From: Octopus vulgaris
Taxonomy: Eukaryota
Length of the DNA stretch: 64,000 nucleotides
NCBI GenBank assembly: GCA_951406725.2
Contig: OX597833.1
Coordinates: 17,422,001 to 17,486,000, forward strand
Direction: 5' to 3'
Both the position numbers and the translations under genes were made by a program. Below the pieces are notes generated by a model. That model was not told the origin of the DNA and made no database searches. It was given only the letters and a program-made list of their open reading frames with translations. The number at the start of each line of letters is the position of its first letter. The first letter of the stretch is position 1. Positions 13,428-27,781 of this stretch are shown piece after piece.

Positions 13428-13634
13428 CGCATATTTGCCATTTGAATATGGCTAACCCCTAAGGGTGGATGCTACTGTAGTTTGTAGCCCCAGGAAGATA
13501 TCTCCTCCAGCTGGCTATAGACACACTATCTGTGTCCTCTCAGTATTTGTGAAGGGGAGTGATATTCAAATGGCAAATATGCGTCACGATGTGTTACCGC
13601 TACTGTTTATAACTCGCTCTGAGATTTATCATTG

Positions 13635-13635
<1 letters not shown>
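13424..13635 (+). mobile_element. Foldback element in (TA)n with 26-bp inverted arms and a ~48-bp tail
   Basis: GTGACGCATATTTGCCATTTGAATAT ... ATATTCAAATGGCAAATATGCGTCAC, with (TA)n on both sides. Confidence 0.75.
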
Positions 13636-13687
<52 letters not shown>

Positions 13688-13692
<5 letters not shown>

Positions 13693-13903
13693 AATGTGAC
13701 CGCGTGTGTATCGTTAGTGATTTTTTTCCTCCGTCTTCCCTTCCTTGGATTTTTCCTCTTCCTATGTTTCCGACGAAGAGCTCCGCTCGAAACGTTAAAC
13801 CCTCCTTCTTTCTTTCTTTCCTGAGCGTCCAATAATACTATACTTGTTCCACGTCCTCGGGTTGTTGTGTATTTTCTTTGTGTTTTCATGTTTGGATTAA
13901 CCA
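13688..13903 (+). mobile_element. PLE-like 3' end with minimal HHR, ending in (TA)n. Relatives at 14175-14290, 18112-18390, 26063-26330, 26920-27045 and 37022-37120
   Basis: 13766-13800 reads GTTT-CCGACGA-A-GAGC-TCC-GCTC-GAAAC-GTT-AAAC. A shared GAGCGT..TACT..TTGTT..TTTT tail follows. Confidence 0.72.
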
Positions 13904-14079
13904 TATATATATATATATATATACGTAAATACACACACACACGTATACATATTATTTTATTCTATTACTTGTTTCAGTCATTTGACTGTGACCATGCTGG
14001 AGCACCGCCATAAAGGGTTTTAGTCTAAGAAATCGATCACAGGACTTATTCTTTGTAAGCTTAGTACTTCTTCTATCGG

Positions 14080-14138
<59 letters not shown>

Positions 14139-14846
14139 AATATACATACATATATATACACACATACATATATAGTTGAAATTTATAGAAAAACAAGAGA
14201 TGAAGACAGGTGTATGAACAACAAGCAAGTATATTAGTTTGACGCTCGGGAAAAATGGAAAAGTCTTTTACGTTTCGAGCCTACGCTCAAGAACGCAACG
14301 GGTCACTCGGCTCAGGAATCGAAACTACAATTTTACGATTCATGGGTCCAGCACGCTAACCACTAAGCTACGTGCTTCAATAGAATAAACACCAGACTTT
14401 AAGAAAATAAGAGCTGCGGTTGATTTGTTCGACTAAACCCTTCAAGGCAGTGCTCTACCATGGCACCAAACCTAATTGACAGACACAGGTAACGATAAAA
14501 GATTACAAACTTGAGATCCAAATATGTTTGAGATATATTTGATGCTCTAAAAGGCTTTTCACTACGGTTTGTTGTGAAGGAGAAGAAAAAATGTCGCTTA
14601 AGGCAAAAAATATTTCAAAACTGTAGTCGAATAACAAGCAACGGCCTGGCAGACTCCTTAGCATGCCGGATAAAATGTAGACTCTTTAGCACGCCGGATA
14701 AAAGGCATCACTTTCTTACTTTGTTTTGAGTTCAAATTCCGTCATGGTCATCTTTGGAGGTCGATATAATCAACTTGCCTCCTTCCTGAAAATTTCAGAC
14801 CTTGTGCCTATGATAGAAAGTATTATCATTATTATTATTATCATCA

Positions 14847-14892
<46 letters not shown>

Positions 14893-14922
14893 GATTATTA
14901 TTATTATTATCGCTGTTGCTGA

Positions 14923-14965
<43 letters not shown>

Positions 14966-15407
14966 AGAAAGGACTGAAGACTGATACTTTCCTCTTCGGC
15001 CAAGCCCTCATCGACTTTTTCAAGTTCTACTTGAAAAGGAAAGTGAAAGTAGAGCAGGAAGTTCTGCCCGACCCCTCCCAGTAAATTTCTTGAAAGGGAG
15101 GGTGTGGTGTGGTGAGGATGGCCCGTGTGAATAGGCCTACTCTGAACTTTCGTTTGTAAATCGGAGAAGTTGAGAAGGAGAGAGACGCCTGCTGAGGTGC
15201 ATCTGGCGGTCGGGATAACCAGAATGTGTGGTCTTCCTCGGTTGTCCCTGTCAGGGACTCTTCCCTTTGGGGGAATTTTATTGTAAATGTATTGTTGTCA
15301 TTGTTATTTTATTGTTTACTCGGTTTTTGTGTTAAATCCCACGTGTCCCCAGTTTTGTATTGTCCCTATTTGTTTTGTGTTCGGCCCTTGTGGCCAATAT
15401 AGAAACG

Positions 15408-15410
<3 letters not shown>
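14966..15410 (+). pseudogene. Tx1/L1-like LINE 3' end with UTR and (ATT)n tail
   Basis: KGLKTDTFLFGQALIDFFKFYLKRKVKVEQEVL...VRMARVNRPTLNFRL* then a T-rich UTR and (ATT)n. The family assignment is from recall only. Confidence 0.55.
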
Positions 15411-15469
<59 letters not shown>

Positions 15470-15679
15470 GGCGGTGAGGTGGCAGAATCGTTAGCACACC
15501 GGGCATAATGCCTAGCGGTATTTCGTCTTTCTCTCACTACGTTCTGAGTTCAAATTCCACCGAGGTCGACTCTGTCTTTCATCCTTTCAGGGTCGACAAA
15601 TTAATTACCAGTGAAACACTGGGGTCGATATAATCGGCTAGTCCCCCTCCCCACAAATTGCAGGCCTTATGCCTACAGC

Positions 15680-15954
15680 ACATGTTTCCAGAGGTTAATT
15701 ATTCAATCCCCAAAGAATCCCTCTCAACGCATGGCTATGGTGCTCCCCCAACTACTTCTGCTCGTGATCGGAGATACACATATCGTCAGCCACTAAGGGA
15801 CATACTCAACTGGTTAAGGTCAAACAACTGACAAGCAAATCTGTGGTATTGAGCAGAATATTTGCTATAGGCCATCTTTTATACCAAGACAAAACAATGT
15901 ACATGATAACACTTCCAATCAGCTAAGATCAGAAGCCATGAGAGCCAGTGCCTG

Positions 15955-15955
<1 letters not shown>
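15680..15955. repeat. Interspersed repeat, longer copy at 49785-50345, flanked by (ATT)n/(ACT)n
   Basis: About 280 bp of clear similarity to 50060-50330 (ACTACTTCTGCTCGTGATC..TATCGTCAGCCACTAAGGGACA..CAAGCAAATCTGTGGTATTGAGCAGAATATTTGCT). Confidence 0.85.
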
Positions 15956-16003
<48 letters not shown>

Positions 16004-16050
16004 AATTACTACTACTACTGCCACTACTATTGCTGCTGCTGCTGCTGCTG

Positions 16051-16083
<33 letters not shown>

Positions 16084-16119
16084 TTACTATTATTATTATT
16101 ACTATTACTATTATTATTA

Positions 16120-16186
<67 letters not shown>

Positions 16187-16991
16187 GCCGATCTTGTAAC
16201 ACTGGATGCCAAGGCAGATAGTAAATGTTATCTTTGTAAAAGAAGATATTAAAGCTTGTGTTTGGTGAAAGCCATTTACTGAATGTATTTCGTTTTGTTT
16301 TGTTTGGTTCCGTTTGTATTTCATTTTTCTTATTTAGTTGAAATGAAAATAGTATCTGTTAGACGAACCCAACAACAGATGGCAATGGAATAAAATGACC
16401 CTTCAATCATCCCTAGTCGGATATATATATTTTAAATTTTTGTTTCGTTTGCGTTTGTTTGTATGTTAGAAACGAAACAAGAACGGTCGCGTAACGAACA
16501 CTATTAGAACAAGCACTAAAAGACGTTTGCAGTGTGCTTTCCATCATCACTGTTACTACATCCATGTACGTCTGGCAACAAAAACGAACCAAAAACCAAA
16601 AAAAAGATTCCTCAGCCAGTTTCTGTCAGAAGCTATAGGATTTGCAGCATATCAGCTACAGCGTGTAAAAAGTACGCCATTTAACATCTAACATCATCGC
16701 AAGGAAATAAATATACGTTTATATACATATATACACAAATATACATACAAATACATACTAGCAGACATTGCAGGCTCTTTGACTTTATCTCCACACACGA
16801 GCGCGCGCGCTAAAACGCCTTTCAAAGAATTGCTGAAGGCCTTGGTTAAACAACAAGATTGGGCTAATTGAATTTGGGAATCTTTCGGTTCGAATTTCCC
16901 CGCAACATATAGAATAACTTAACTAAACGTTCATCTGGTTGGTACTCTCTTAAAGTACTGTAGGTGTACACAACTATACATACATACATGT

Positions 16992-17720
<729 letters not shown>

Positions 17721-17810
17721 ATCGATAACGTCGCAGACTGTGATGAAATGACCTGACCAATAACTGATTTAGCGATTAAACTGTTGTATAAACTGATGAT
17801 AACGCTGATG

Positions 17811-17867
<57 letters not shown>

Positions 17868-18387
17868 TTAATAGTAATAATAATTGTGATATAACCAGTG
17901 CGTGTGTTTTTCTTGGAAAAATGACCCAAGGTACAATAATCTCTGCTTCAACACAATAATCTCTGCTTAACATGAAGAATTTTACAAAACAAGTAGAAAA
18001 TAAGAACACACATTGGAATACACACACACACAAACACACACATATGTATACATACATACGTACATACATTATATGTGTGTGTGTCTTTGTATACATACAT
18101 ACATTATATATAGGGGAGAATTCATAAAAAAAACAAAAGACGAAGACAGGTGGTGTTGACAACAAACAGATGTAATTAGTATAACGCTCGGGAAGTGAAA
18201 AAGTCTTTAACGTTTCGAGCCTACGCTCTTCTGCAGAAAGGAACACAGAAAGAAACAAGGAGAGAAAACAGAAAATGGTTTAGTGGCTCGCGATCTATCA
18301 TGGCGAATGACGGACAGAAGGGTCACATAGGAGAGGTAGGAAGAAGGGGAGATAATAAAGTAGCGGTGATCCCAAAACGAAGGTGCC

Positions 18388-18500
18388 GTGCGTGTGTATA
18401 AGAGAGCATGTATGTGCGTGTGTATAAGAGAGCATGTATGTGCGTGTGTATAAGAGAGCATGTATGTGCGTGTGTATAAGAGAGCATGTATGTGCGTGTG
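18388..18500. repeat. 26-bp minisatellite, about 4 copies
   Basis: GTGCGTGTGTATAAGAGAGCATGTAT repeated. Confidence 0.9.
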
Positions 18501-18576
18501 GAAGAAGGCTGGTGACCTTGACGTGTACATTATACATACACACACACACACATACACACACACATATATATATAGT

Positions 18577-18859
18577 GAAGGCACATAGCCTAGGGGTTAG
18601 AGCGGTGGACTTGCGATCGAGGGATCGCGGGTTCGAATCTCAGACCGGGCGATGTGTGTTTATGAGCGAAACACCAAAGCTCCACTCGGCTCCGGCACAA
18701 GGTAATGGCGAACTTCGGCTGACTCTTTCGCCACGACTTTCTCTCACTCTTTCCTCTTGCATCTTGCAGCTCCCCTGCGACGGACCGGCGTCCCGTCCAG
18801 GTGGGGAACCTGTACGCCAAGGAAACCTGGAAACCGGCCCTGATGAGCCTGAAGGAACA

Positions 18860-18865
<6 letters not shown>
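18577..18865 (+). mobile_element. tRNA-derived SINE group B2, second copy at 33798-34098 with TSD ATACACCATTTT
   Basis: A and B boxes, plus the 3' segment CCCTGCGACGGACCGGCGTCCCGTCCAGG. Confidence 0.85.
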
Positions 18866-18915
<50 letters not shown>

Positions 18916-19061
18916 TATAATAGGGATAACAACTAAGTGGACATCCAATATGCTAGAAGATGACCTACGATCTAACTATAAAGAAAAGAATGTTCTCTAG
19001 AGAAATTCAGTAAACATCAGAACATAAGCGCGTAAGACAGATGAAAATATACAGAATTAAT

Positions 19062-19126
19062 CGTAGACCGATTTCACCACCAACGAATTTACTTAAGTAA
19101 TCTTCGTCCGTGGACTCTTCAGTGCG
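19062..19126 (-). ncRNA. Hammerhead motif in a (TA)n-abutting element (about 18912-19390)
   Basis: CGCA-CTGAAGA-G...T-GAAAT-CG-GTC-TACG, homologous to 2108-2174. Confidence 0.6.
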
Positions 19127-19432
19127 ATCGTTCCAATTCAATATAATTTGTGGAACTATACACTAGTTGTCCGTATAAAATTAGACGTGTGTATAGTTCT
19201 ATCGATTACATTGGGGTTACTTTCAAATGTCTGAGTTTCGGGGCGCTAAATCCCGGAAACAGTCTGCAGTAGATAATTCACTGCAGTTAATGTTGCCGGT
19301 TAGAGAACATAATTATTTAAAATTTAAATAATGAGGGTGATAAATTGAATATTAATTCAATTGATATCAATTTAAAACAAGTAGCCTAGCATAGAGAAAA
19401 GTCTGAAAATTCAGAAAAATTGAAATACATGC

Positions 19433-19499
<67 letters not shown>

Positions 19500-19540
19500 T
19501 AAAAAAATGGAGTTAACGCAGGTGTAATCAAATATTTTTA

Positions 19541-19624
19541 CTTTCGACACATGTTTCGAAAGTTCCACTGATACTATTCAAAAGAATAAATGGTATAAAC
19601 AATGCAATCTTCTCCTCAGGAAAG
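19541..19624 (-). ncRNA. Hammerhead ribozyme in the 3' UTR/pLTR of the PLE fragment
   Basis: CTTTC-CTGAGGA-GAAG...CTTTC-GAAAC-ATGT-GTC-GAAAG. It has a 5-bp stem I, an intact core, a GUC site and palindromic ACATGT. A decayed relative lies at 27345-27425. Confidence 0.8.
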
Positions 19625-19825
19625 TGAAAAAAAACGAAACTCGTCAATAAGACATTTTAGCAAAAAATGATGGATTTGTATAGCGATAGACAGAACGCTA
19701 TTAATATTGTTTAAAAAAACGTTATATGATATAACGTCATAAGTAGTTAACAGAAACAGTAGGGATATTAATAGTGAATGTTAAATATAAAGGAAATTAA
19801 AGTTTAACTTATATATAATGATAGA

Positions 19826-20442
19826 GACTATTTATATGCACTAAATGTATGTTTTTACCAATGCTTACATCTGTATGCTCGCTCTATAACCGTGTTTACT
19901 AGCGTATTTTAGAAAAAATAATGAAAAATAGCTCAGAATTGCAGAGAAGACAGAATTTCTTGCCTTTGTCATATGGTATCGAAATTGAAAGAATCAACCA
20001 TTCTAAATGAAATTGTTCATTGTGGTCTTTTAAATCCCAAATCAGTTTGCTGAGACCGGTACTATTTCGTTTATTTCTATTCCTAAATGTTGAGTAATGG
20101 ATAGAAATTCTTTTAGATAACTCTAACGATGTGCTTCCAATGTAAAATCGTACTTTATTACGAGTACTGATTATACACTGGTATATAGAATTTTTAACCT
20201 TAGAGTTACTTGACATAAACTTAATTCTATTGTAATTGACTTCAGATACAATAACCTTGTTATTAATATTTCTAGAGGGTTGGATGGTAGTAGCTAAATT
20301 AATGTTAGTATTAGTAAATGTATTAATATTTAACAGTTTGTTATTATGAGAAGAGATAATTTGCAAGAGATATTTTGTGTTTGAAAAACCTATCCTAACC
20401 TTATGTGAATTGATTATAGAGTAATATCTAGAATTGTTTGGA
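19826..20442 (-). pseudogene. Penelope-like retroelement C-terminus: RT thumb end plus GIY-YIG endonuclease, 5'-truncated and frameshifted
   Basis: KVRIGFS..QIISSHNNKLL...SIYQC...FYIGST...KRISIHYSTF...NSTGLSKLIWDLK...W.IL...Y...CLLCNSE. The terminal LVNT...RCKH lies in a shifted frame. The N-terminal part of ORF 19899-20621 is (TCTA)n read-through. Confidence 0.88.
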
Positions 20443-20471
20443 ATATATATATATATAGGTAGGTAGGTAGG

Positions 20472-20555
<84 letters not shown>

Positions 20556-21209
20556 CGGACGGACGGACGGATGTACTGTATTAACTTCCTTTGCATAGAT
20601 ATACAAATTATATAAGGACACGAGCAGTGCATTTAGTTATCTTAGTGTGCGTCTATTACAAAATAAGATCTCATTAATATTCATTTCACGATATCCAACC
20701 AAGATGACAGCTGTTCGCCAAACTGACAAAGCTTCTATTGTTAGAAATCTTATAATACACTAATTAAATATGATACTTAACTTCTGAAACTCCGCACATT
20801 CTTGTTTATCTCTTGGGAACCAACGTTTCAAAACAAGAAAAATTATTTCTTTTAAATAGATACCTAACAAAATGCACCAATAATTATAACGTTTCATTAT
20901 TTTGCTATGCTGTGTTGGTTTCTGGTGGCAACTAAAGGGGGTGGATCTTATTCGCTACAAACACAAATTATTTGTTTTACCCTTTCACTTCTCATGAAGT
21001 GTAGGACGGCTACGTCTTTGTTTCGCTGTTCTCGAATATGGATTGTCTTTTGTGAATCTCCCCAATTGAATTTCTGTTTTACTTTGGTGTTTTTTTGTGG
21101 GTTTTTCCTCTCATTTAGCCTCGCTGACCTACGTCATAGGTTTCTCTGAGGGGAGGTCGTCCTCTCAGGTGTCTTGTTGGTTCTGAATTGTTATTCATGC
21201 TTTATCTTT

Positions 21210-21825
21210 TTATCTATTTATTTGCTTCAGTCATTAGACTGCGGCCAAGCTGGGGCACAGTCTTGAAAATGTTTTGGTCCAACTTATCGATACATAGTGC
21301 TTATTCTAACGGCTCTCTTTTGCCGAACCGCTAGGCTACGGTGATGTAAACATACCTACACTAGTTGTCAATCGGTGTGGCGGACAAACACACACACACA
21401 CACACGTTTGTGTATGTATATGTATATAAACTTAGATAAACTTAGATATGTTTCGACATGTTTTTGTGTCTGTGCTTGTCCCCCATCACCGCTTGACAAC
21501 CGGTGTTGGTGTGCTTACGAACCACTGAGTTACGAGGACGTAAACAAACCAGCATCGGTTGTCAAGCGATGTCAGGGGGACAAACACAAGCACACAAACA
21601 CAAACACACACACACATACACACACATACATACATACATATATATATACATACATATATACGACGGGCTTCTTTCAGTTTCCGTCTACCGAATCCACTCA
21701 CAAGGCTTTGGTCAGCCCGAGGCTATACTAGAAGACACTTGCCCAAGATGCCACGCAGTGGGACTGAACCCGGAAACATGTGGCTGGTAAGCAAGTTACT
21801 TACCACACAGCCACTCCTGCGCCTA
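21210..21825 (-). mobile_element. SINE group C copies (nested, partly inverted)
   Basis: Family homology. Confidence 0.8.
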
Positions 21826-21826
21826 T

Positions 21827-21859
<33 letters not shown>

Positions 21860-21924
21860 TATACATACATACACACACTCACACACACACACATACAGAG
21901 GCGGGCTTTATATAGCTTTTATAT

Positions 21925-22156
21925 AGCGAGCTAGCTGAAACGTTAGCACGCCGGGCGAAATGCTTACCGGTATTTCGTCTGTCGTTACGTTCTGAGTTCA
22001 AATTCCACCATAGGTTGACTTTGCCTTTCATCCTTTCGAGGTTGATAAATAACGTACCAGTTATGCACTGGGGTCGATATAATCGACTTAATCCGTATGT
22101 CTGTCCTTGTTTGTCCCCTCTGTATTTAGCCCCTTGTGGGCAATAAAGAAATAGGT
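21925..22156 (+). mobile_element. SINE group A
   Basis: Family homology. TATAGCTTT is duplicated at 21911 and 22156. Confidence 0.85.
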
Positions 22157-23469
22157 ATAGCTTTCTTCCACCAATTTCACTCACAAAGTATTGGTGGGCC
22201 CGGGGCTCATTTGCTGAAAGTGCGGAGCAGTGATGCTGAACCCGAAATCATGGTTGCAAAGTGAGCTTCTTAACAACATAGCCATGCCTGCGCCTGTAGT
22301 ATCATGTATAATATTAACAACAACAACAAAAAAAGAAAAGAATAGAAAATCTACTTGAATCTACGTGTTTGAAATTTTCAACAAATAATCAATCATTGAA
22401 AACACTTAACAGGCAACAAGAATTTGTAAGACAAGACTACATCGATATGAGGAACTTATTGACCGTCTTGATGCCAAATCTAAAATTCGGCTCAATTTCC
22501 TTCAAATACTTAGAAGTCAAAGCTACATTAATGCTGTATTATAGCACGACACTAATAATAAAGCAGAGATAACGATTTCGGTTGGATGGGTTTTGAACTG
22601 AAACCGGGTTCAGTCTGTTGTGTCTCACCTTTCATTCGAAAAAGCAGAATTACTATATTTCATATTAACAAAGTTTCTTTCGTAATGAATACATTAATTA
22701 TCCTAATCAACCCGAAAATTTTTAGCGCCAGAAAAAGAACAGCTAATTCATCATTCTCGAAACATTCCTCACCTGACTAACAACGTCTGAAATTTCCTCT
22801 TCCAGAAAAAAAAAATAAATAAATAAATAAAGACAGCAAAGGAAAAACGAAACAAACCCTGTTATCTGTCTTTTACATGTGTTACTTTGTTTTTAATCCT
22901 TCCACACTCCACTTGTCTGTTTATTTTTATCAAGAATTTATCTCTTGTCGAGCGCCCGACATTTCCCATATTTTTTTTATTCTTTCTTGTAAACAGTAAG
23001 GTGTTAGCTTTCTCGGCATTCCTGTCTATCAAAGAAAGAAGCTGATTTCGTTAAATACTGACGCCACGCAGTAAATATTTCAGATTCATTAAATTAATTA
23101 GTGATGAAACGTCTCACTGCTAACACTGACTGTTAGCGACGATGGACAAGAATGAGTTACAAACGCCATTTATATAGTAGCCATTCATGTTATCTAACTT
23201 TTTCTATTCATGTATTTTACCGTAACAGATTCTTACAGAAGCTACTGGTCATGTATCTTGTCTTCGTAAACATTATCTCGTATTATCTTCACCTTGTATT
23301 AAAGCAACAAGAAAAATCCATTTGAAAACATTGTCTGAACGTGATGTAGTAAGTAAATTGTATTGTGTAGATCGAGTTAAATAATTTCAAAATGTCCGGT
23401 CTATACTCCTTTCTGCTATGTGCACAAAACCTGACATTTTGCGGGAAGGGGTTAAACTGATTGCATCAA

Positions 23470-23770
23470 TACCTATTTCTTTACTACCCACAAGGGGCTA
23501 AACACAGAGAGGACAAACAAGCACAGACATTATATCTGTTTCTTTATTGCCCACGAGGGGCTAAACAAAGAGGGGACAAACAAAGACAGACAAAAGGATT
23601 AAGTCGATTACATCGACTCCAGTGCGAAAATGGTACTTACTTAATCGACTCCGAAAGGATGAAAGGCAAAGTCGACCTCGGTGGAATTTGAACTCAGAAC
23701 GTAGCGGCAGACGAGATACCGCCAAGCATTTCGCCCGACGTGCTAACGTTTCTTCCAGCTCGCCGCCTTA
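23470..23770 (-). mobile_element. SINE group A with TSD GCATCAATACC
   Basis: Duplicated at 23463 and 23771. Confidence 0.85.
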
Positions 23771-23924
23771 GCATCAATACCAGTGCTCAAATTGGTAATT
23801 ATTTTAATCAACCCCAAAATGATAAAATGCGAAGTTGACCTCAGCGGGATTTGAACTCAGAACGTAAAGATGAATGAAATGCCGATATGCAAATGTTTCT
23901 GCCAGCTCGCCGCTTTAAAATGTC

Positions 23925-24315
23925 CAGCTTGGTTACCAACCACATGGTTTCGGGTTCAGTTGCACTGCGAGGCACCTTGGGCAAGTGCCTTCTACTATAG
24001 CCTCGGGTCGACCAAAGTCTCGTGAGTGGATTTAGTAGACGGAAACAGAAAGAAGCCTGCCGTATATATGTAAATGTATATATATGTGTGTGTGTGTTTG
24101 TGTGTCTGTGTTTGTCCCTCCCAACATCGCTTGACAACCGATGCTGATGTGTTTACGTCCCCGTAACTTAGCGGTTCGGCAAAAGACACCGACAGGATAA
24201 GTACTAGGCTAACAAAGAATAAGTCCTGGGGTCGATTTGCTCGACTAAAGGCGGTACTCCAGCATGGCCACTGTCAAATGACTGAAACAAGCAAAAGAGT
24301 AAAGAGAAAAAGAGT
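23925..24315 (+). mobile_element. SINE group C
   Basis: Family homology. Confidence 0.88.
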
Positions 24316-24576
24316 ACATAACACTATTAGGGTTATATTAGATAGCATACATGAAAACTTCTAGGGTTGCACGGTTTGCATAAAATTTGGACATTGCAAG
24401 GTTGCTGGACGCTGAACGAAGTAGTTATGATCTGAAATAAACATCAGAGATGTTTTGCTCTATGCAGAAACAGAAGGAATTGCTCAAAAATATTTCAATC
24501 GCGCAGATTGTGTTTTAATGGTTATCATGAAATCGATCAAATATCCACTTATACCGGTTTTGAAAGTAAGCTCCTC

Positions 24577-24633
<57 letters not shown>

Positions 24634-24811
24634 TAATAATAAGGGTTTTTTGCAACAAGTTGCTTAAACCACATAACGAAAATATTAGAAATAGCCGCCA
24701 AAAAACTACTATTGTTGATTTTATATAATTAATTATATTTCACCCTATATCTGTAATGACTATATATATATATATATATCTATATATCTATACACAGATA
24801 AGTATGTATGT

Positions 24812-24857
<46 letters not shown>

Positions 24858-24990
24858 ATGTGCGTGTGTGTATGTATGTATGTGTATGTGCGTGTATGTA
24901 TGTATATGTATGTATGTATGTATGTATGCATATATATATAGAAATATATAACATTGTGTATTTGTGTGTGCATAGGCACACAAAAATACA

Positions 24991-25043
<53 letters not shown>

Positions 25044-25174
25044 ATATATAAAGCATAATAGAATAAATTTGATAGGTTATTCCCCATTTAAGTTCGACAA
25101 CGGTTTCACTTGTAATAAACATCGTTAATTTAATAATCTAATTAAGAGGAATAATAAATTAATTTTAATTTATT

Positions 25175-25530
25175 TATTACCTCCGCCTTAGTGAAGGCAG
25201 AGGTATTGTTTTCAGTCGTGTTTGTTTGTTGGTTTGTCCATGGACAAGATATCTCAAGAACCGCTGAATGGATTCGGATGAAACTTTCAAGGATGTTTGG
25301 CCTCGTGACTGGCACGAACTGGTACCGGACAAGGATTCTGAATTATTTTTCCTATTTTCTTTTCTACTTAATTTTTGAGAGCAGTCGGGTTCATTTTTAG
25401 TATTCTCTTTGTGAGAGCAGTCGAGTTTATTTCAGATATTCTCATTTTAAAAATCATCTCCGGTTAATCGTTGAGAGGACGTTGGTGTTGCCTTGGCGGA
25501 GGTTTGCACTCTTTGAGTGCTCTTGTTTTA
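25175..25530 (+). mobile_element. Helentron-associated non-autonomous element (HINE/DINE-1-like)
   Basis: Subterminal inverted repeats ACCTCCGCC / GGCGGAGGT, a 5' hairpin, a (GTTT)n tract, a 3' hairpin GCACTC-TTT-GAGTGC and T-rich insertion sites. Confidence 0.75.
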
Positions 25531-25983
25531 ATTTAAATTCATTTAATTTAATTAATTACATGTACTAATTACGTAACTACGGAATTAATTATGTTTATTG
25601 TTAACGAAACAGACATCGAACATAATTAAATTATGAACCCTATGAAATTTACACCTTTTTTTATTCTAGATACGCCGATTATAAATATACATGCGAGTAT
25701 TTTTTTCTACATGGGTTTACTGAAACCTTACGCCATGTCGTTGTTTACCTGAGTTCTTAATTGCCAAGGATATATGCTTGATGTTTATACATCAATTTAC
25801 CCCCGACCCTTCTTTTTTCCTGTCTCCCTGCTTCTCTGTCTCTCTCCCTTTCTGTGTTTAATCGCGCCCTTAATTAGTAAGGATATATACTTGATGCTAA
25901 TACATCAATTTAGTTCCCTTTCTCTGTCTCTCTGTCTCTGTCTGTCTGTTGTCTGTCTCTCTCTCTCCCTCTGTCTCTTTCTG

Positions 25984-26017
<34 letters not shown>

Positions 26018-26165
26018 TGTATGTATGTATGTATGTATGTATGTATGTATGTATGTATGTATGGTGAGTGGGCAGGAAAAAACAACAAAAACAAGGTAAA
26101 AAAAAGGGGGATGAGTTTCCACAAAGGTGTTATTCGTTTCATGCTTGAAAAGAAAAAGAAAGGGT

Positions 26166-26206
26166 CTTTGACGTTTCGGACATCAGAGTTCCTCATCAGA
26201 TGAAAA
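26166..26206 (-). ncRNA. Minimal hammerhead with canonical core
   Basis: CTGATGA-GGA-ACTCTGATG-TCC-GAAAC-GTC-AAAG. Stem I is imperfect. Confidence 0.65.
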
Positions 26207-26683
26207 GGAAGTAGGCGGTGGAAAGGAGGGAAGAAGAAAGAGAAAACAGGAATTAGGGATCGGTTGGGAATACGATTCTACTGGGAGGAGTTGAGTGGGT
26301 TGCGGTAAAGGTGTGAGGGAGGCGTGACACACACTCGCACACACTCATACATACATACATAATACGTATATGTGTGCGCGCATGTGTGTCCGTGTGTGTG
26401 TGTGTGTGTGTATATAATCTTTTACTTGCTTAAGTTATTGTGCTGCGGCTAGGCTGGGGCATCGCCGTGAAGAGTTTACTCGAACAAATCGACACTAGAA
26501 CTTTTACTTAAGGCCGAGCTGCTAAGTTTGAAGGGCATAAACAAACCAGCACCGGTTGTGAAGTATAAAACTTATAAGCAAGGGCTAAATAAATTTATTT
26601 CAATGCCAATATGCTGATAACAGACTATTAAATCGTCAATTTCCACAGAAAAATCCGAAGAACTGAAATCGGGCAGTTACATA

Positions 26684-26763
<80 letters not shown>

Positions 26764-27058
26764 CATAAAAATGGGCTTCTTTCAGTTTCCATATACGAAA
26801 TCCGCTCACAAGGCTTTGATAAGCCTGAGGCTATAGTTGAAGACACTTGCTCAAGATGCTATGTATGTATGGGTATGTGTATGCATATGTGTGTGTACGT
26901 GAGTTTGAGTATGTATATAGCTAACCCCACCCCCAAAGGGGAGAAACACACAAGGAAAAACAACAACGCGTGTACGTGGTACACGCAAAATATTAATAAG
27001 ACGCTCAGAGAAGGAAAGAAAGTGTGTTTTACGTTCCGAGCCAAGTGGTCATTCCTCT

Positions 27059-27135
<77 letters not shown>

Positions 27136-27781
27136 TTTGAGTAGTTGAATGAATTATCTTATTAAGGATAATTCGAAAGATAACCGATACCTGGGTAGCA
27201 AATTCACATCAGAAAGAACACGGTTGAAGTTACGTCCCTAGGGCATAGACTACGTGCTTTCGTGCGGAAATTTGTATGTTTATTTTAAAAATATAAGTTT
27301 ATGAAAGAATGGAGTTGAACGACTTGTTAACAAATTTCCTTTATTTTCGACATATGTTTCGAAGGCTGCATATTCCTAATTCCGAAGGAATAAGGAGTAC
27401 ATTATGCAGATTTTTCATCATTGAATGTAATGTAAAAGAAACAAAACAGAAAGTTGTATATGCCTCTGAGTGGGGGTAGGCTCTAGAATATTATATAAAG
27501 AATATGAAAGTCATATGAAGCACTTGAAAGAATGCGCGACAGTGTAAGGTTTGGTGACTGCGTAGGAAGAGAGGAAGAAGAGCAAAAGAAGTCTATTGAA
27601 ATATATCTGGTGGCGGAGTGATTATACACTGTCTGTAGAATGGAAAGCTAGAAAGTCCTTTTAAATGAGGAAGTCGCAGTAATAGAAGCAGAGAAAAGGG
27701 ATCGAAGTGGAAAATGAAATGTGAATATGGGAGAGGCATGTAAATTATAGTTTGGGGAAATCTGTATTTAAGTATATAAAA

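Noticed and set aside
18820-18860. GAAACCGGCCCTGATGAGCC as a hammerhead
   Set aside because: The second copy of this SINE (about 34055-34075) reads CCTAATGAG, and no consistent three-stem fold is evident. Treated as ordinary SINE tail sequence.
20443-20621. N-terminal part of the 240-aa ORF as part of the PLE protein
   Set aside because: It is (TCTA)n/(TCCG)n microsatellite read-through upstream of the 5'-truncated element.
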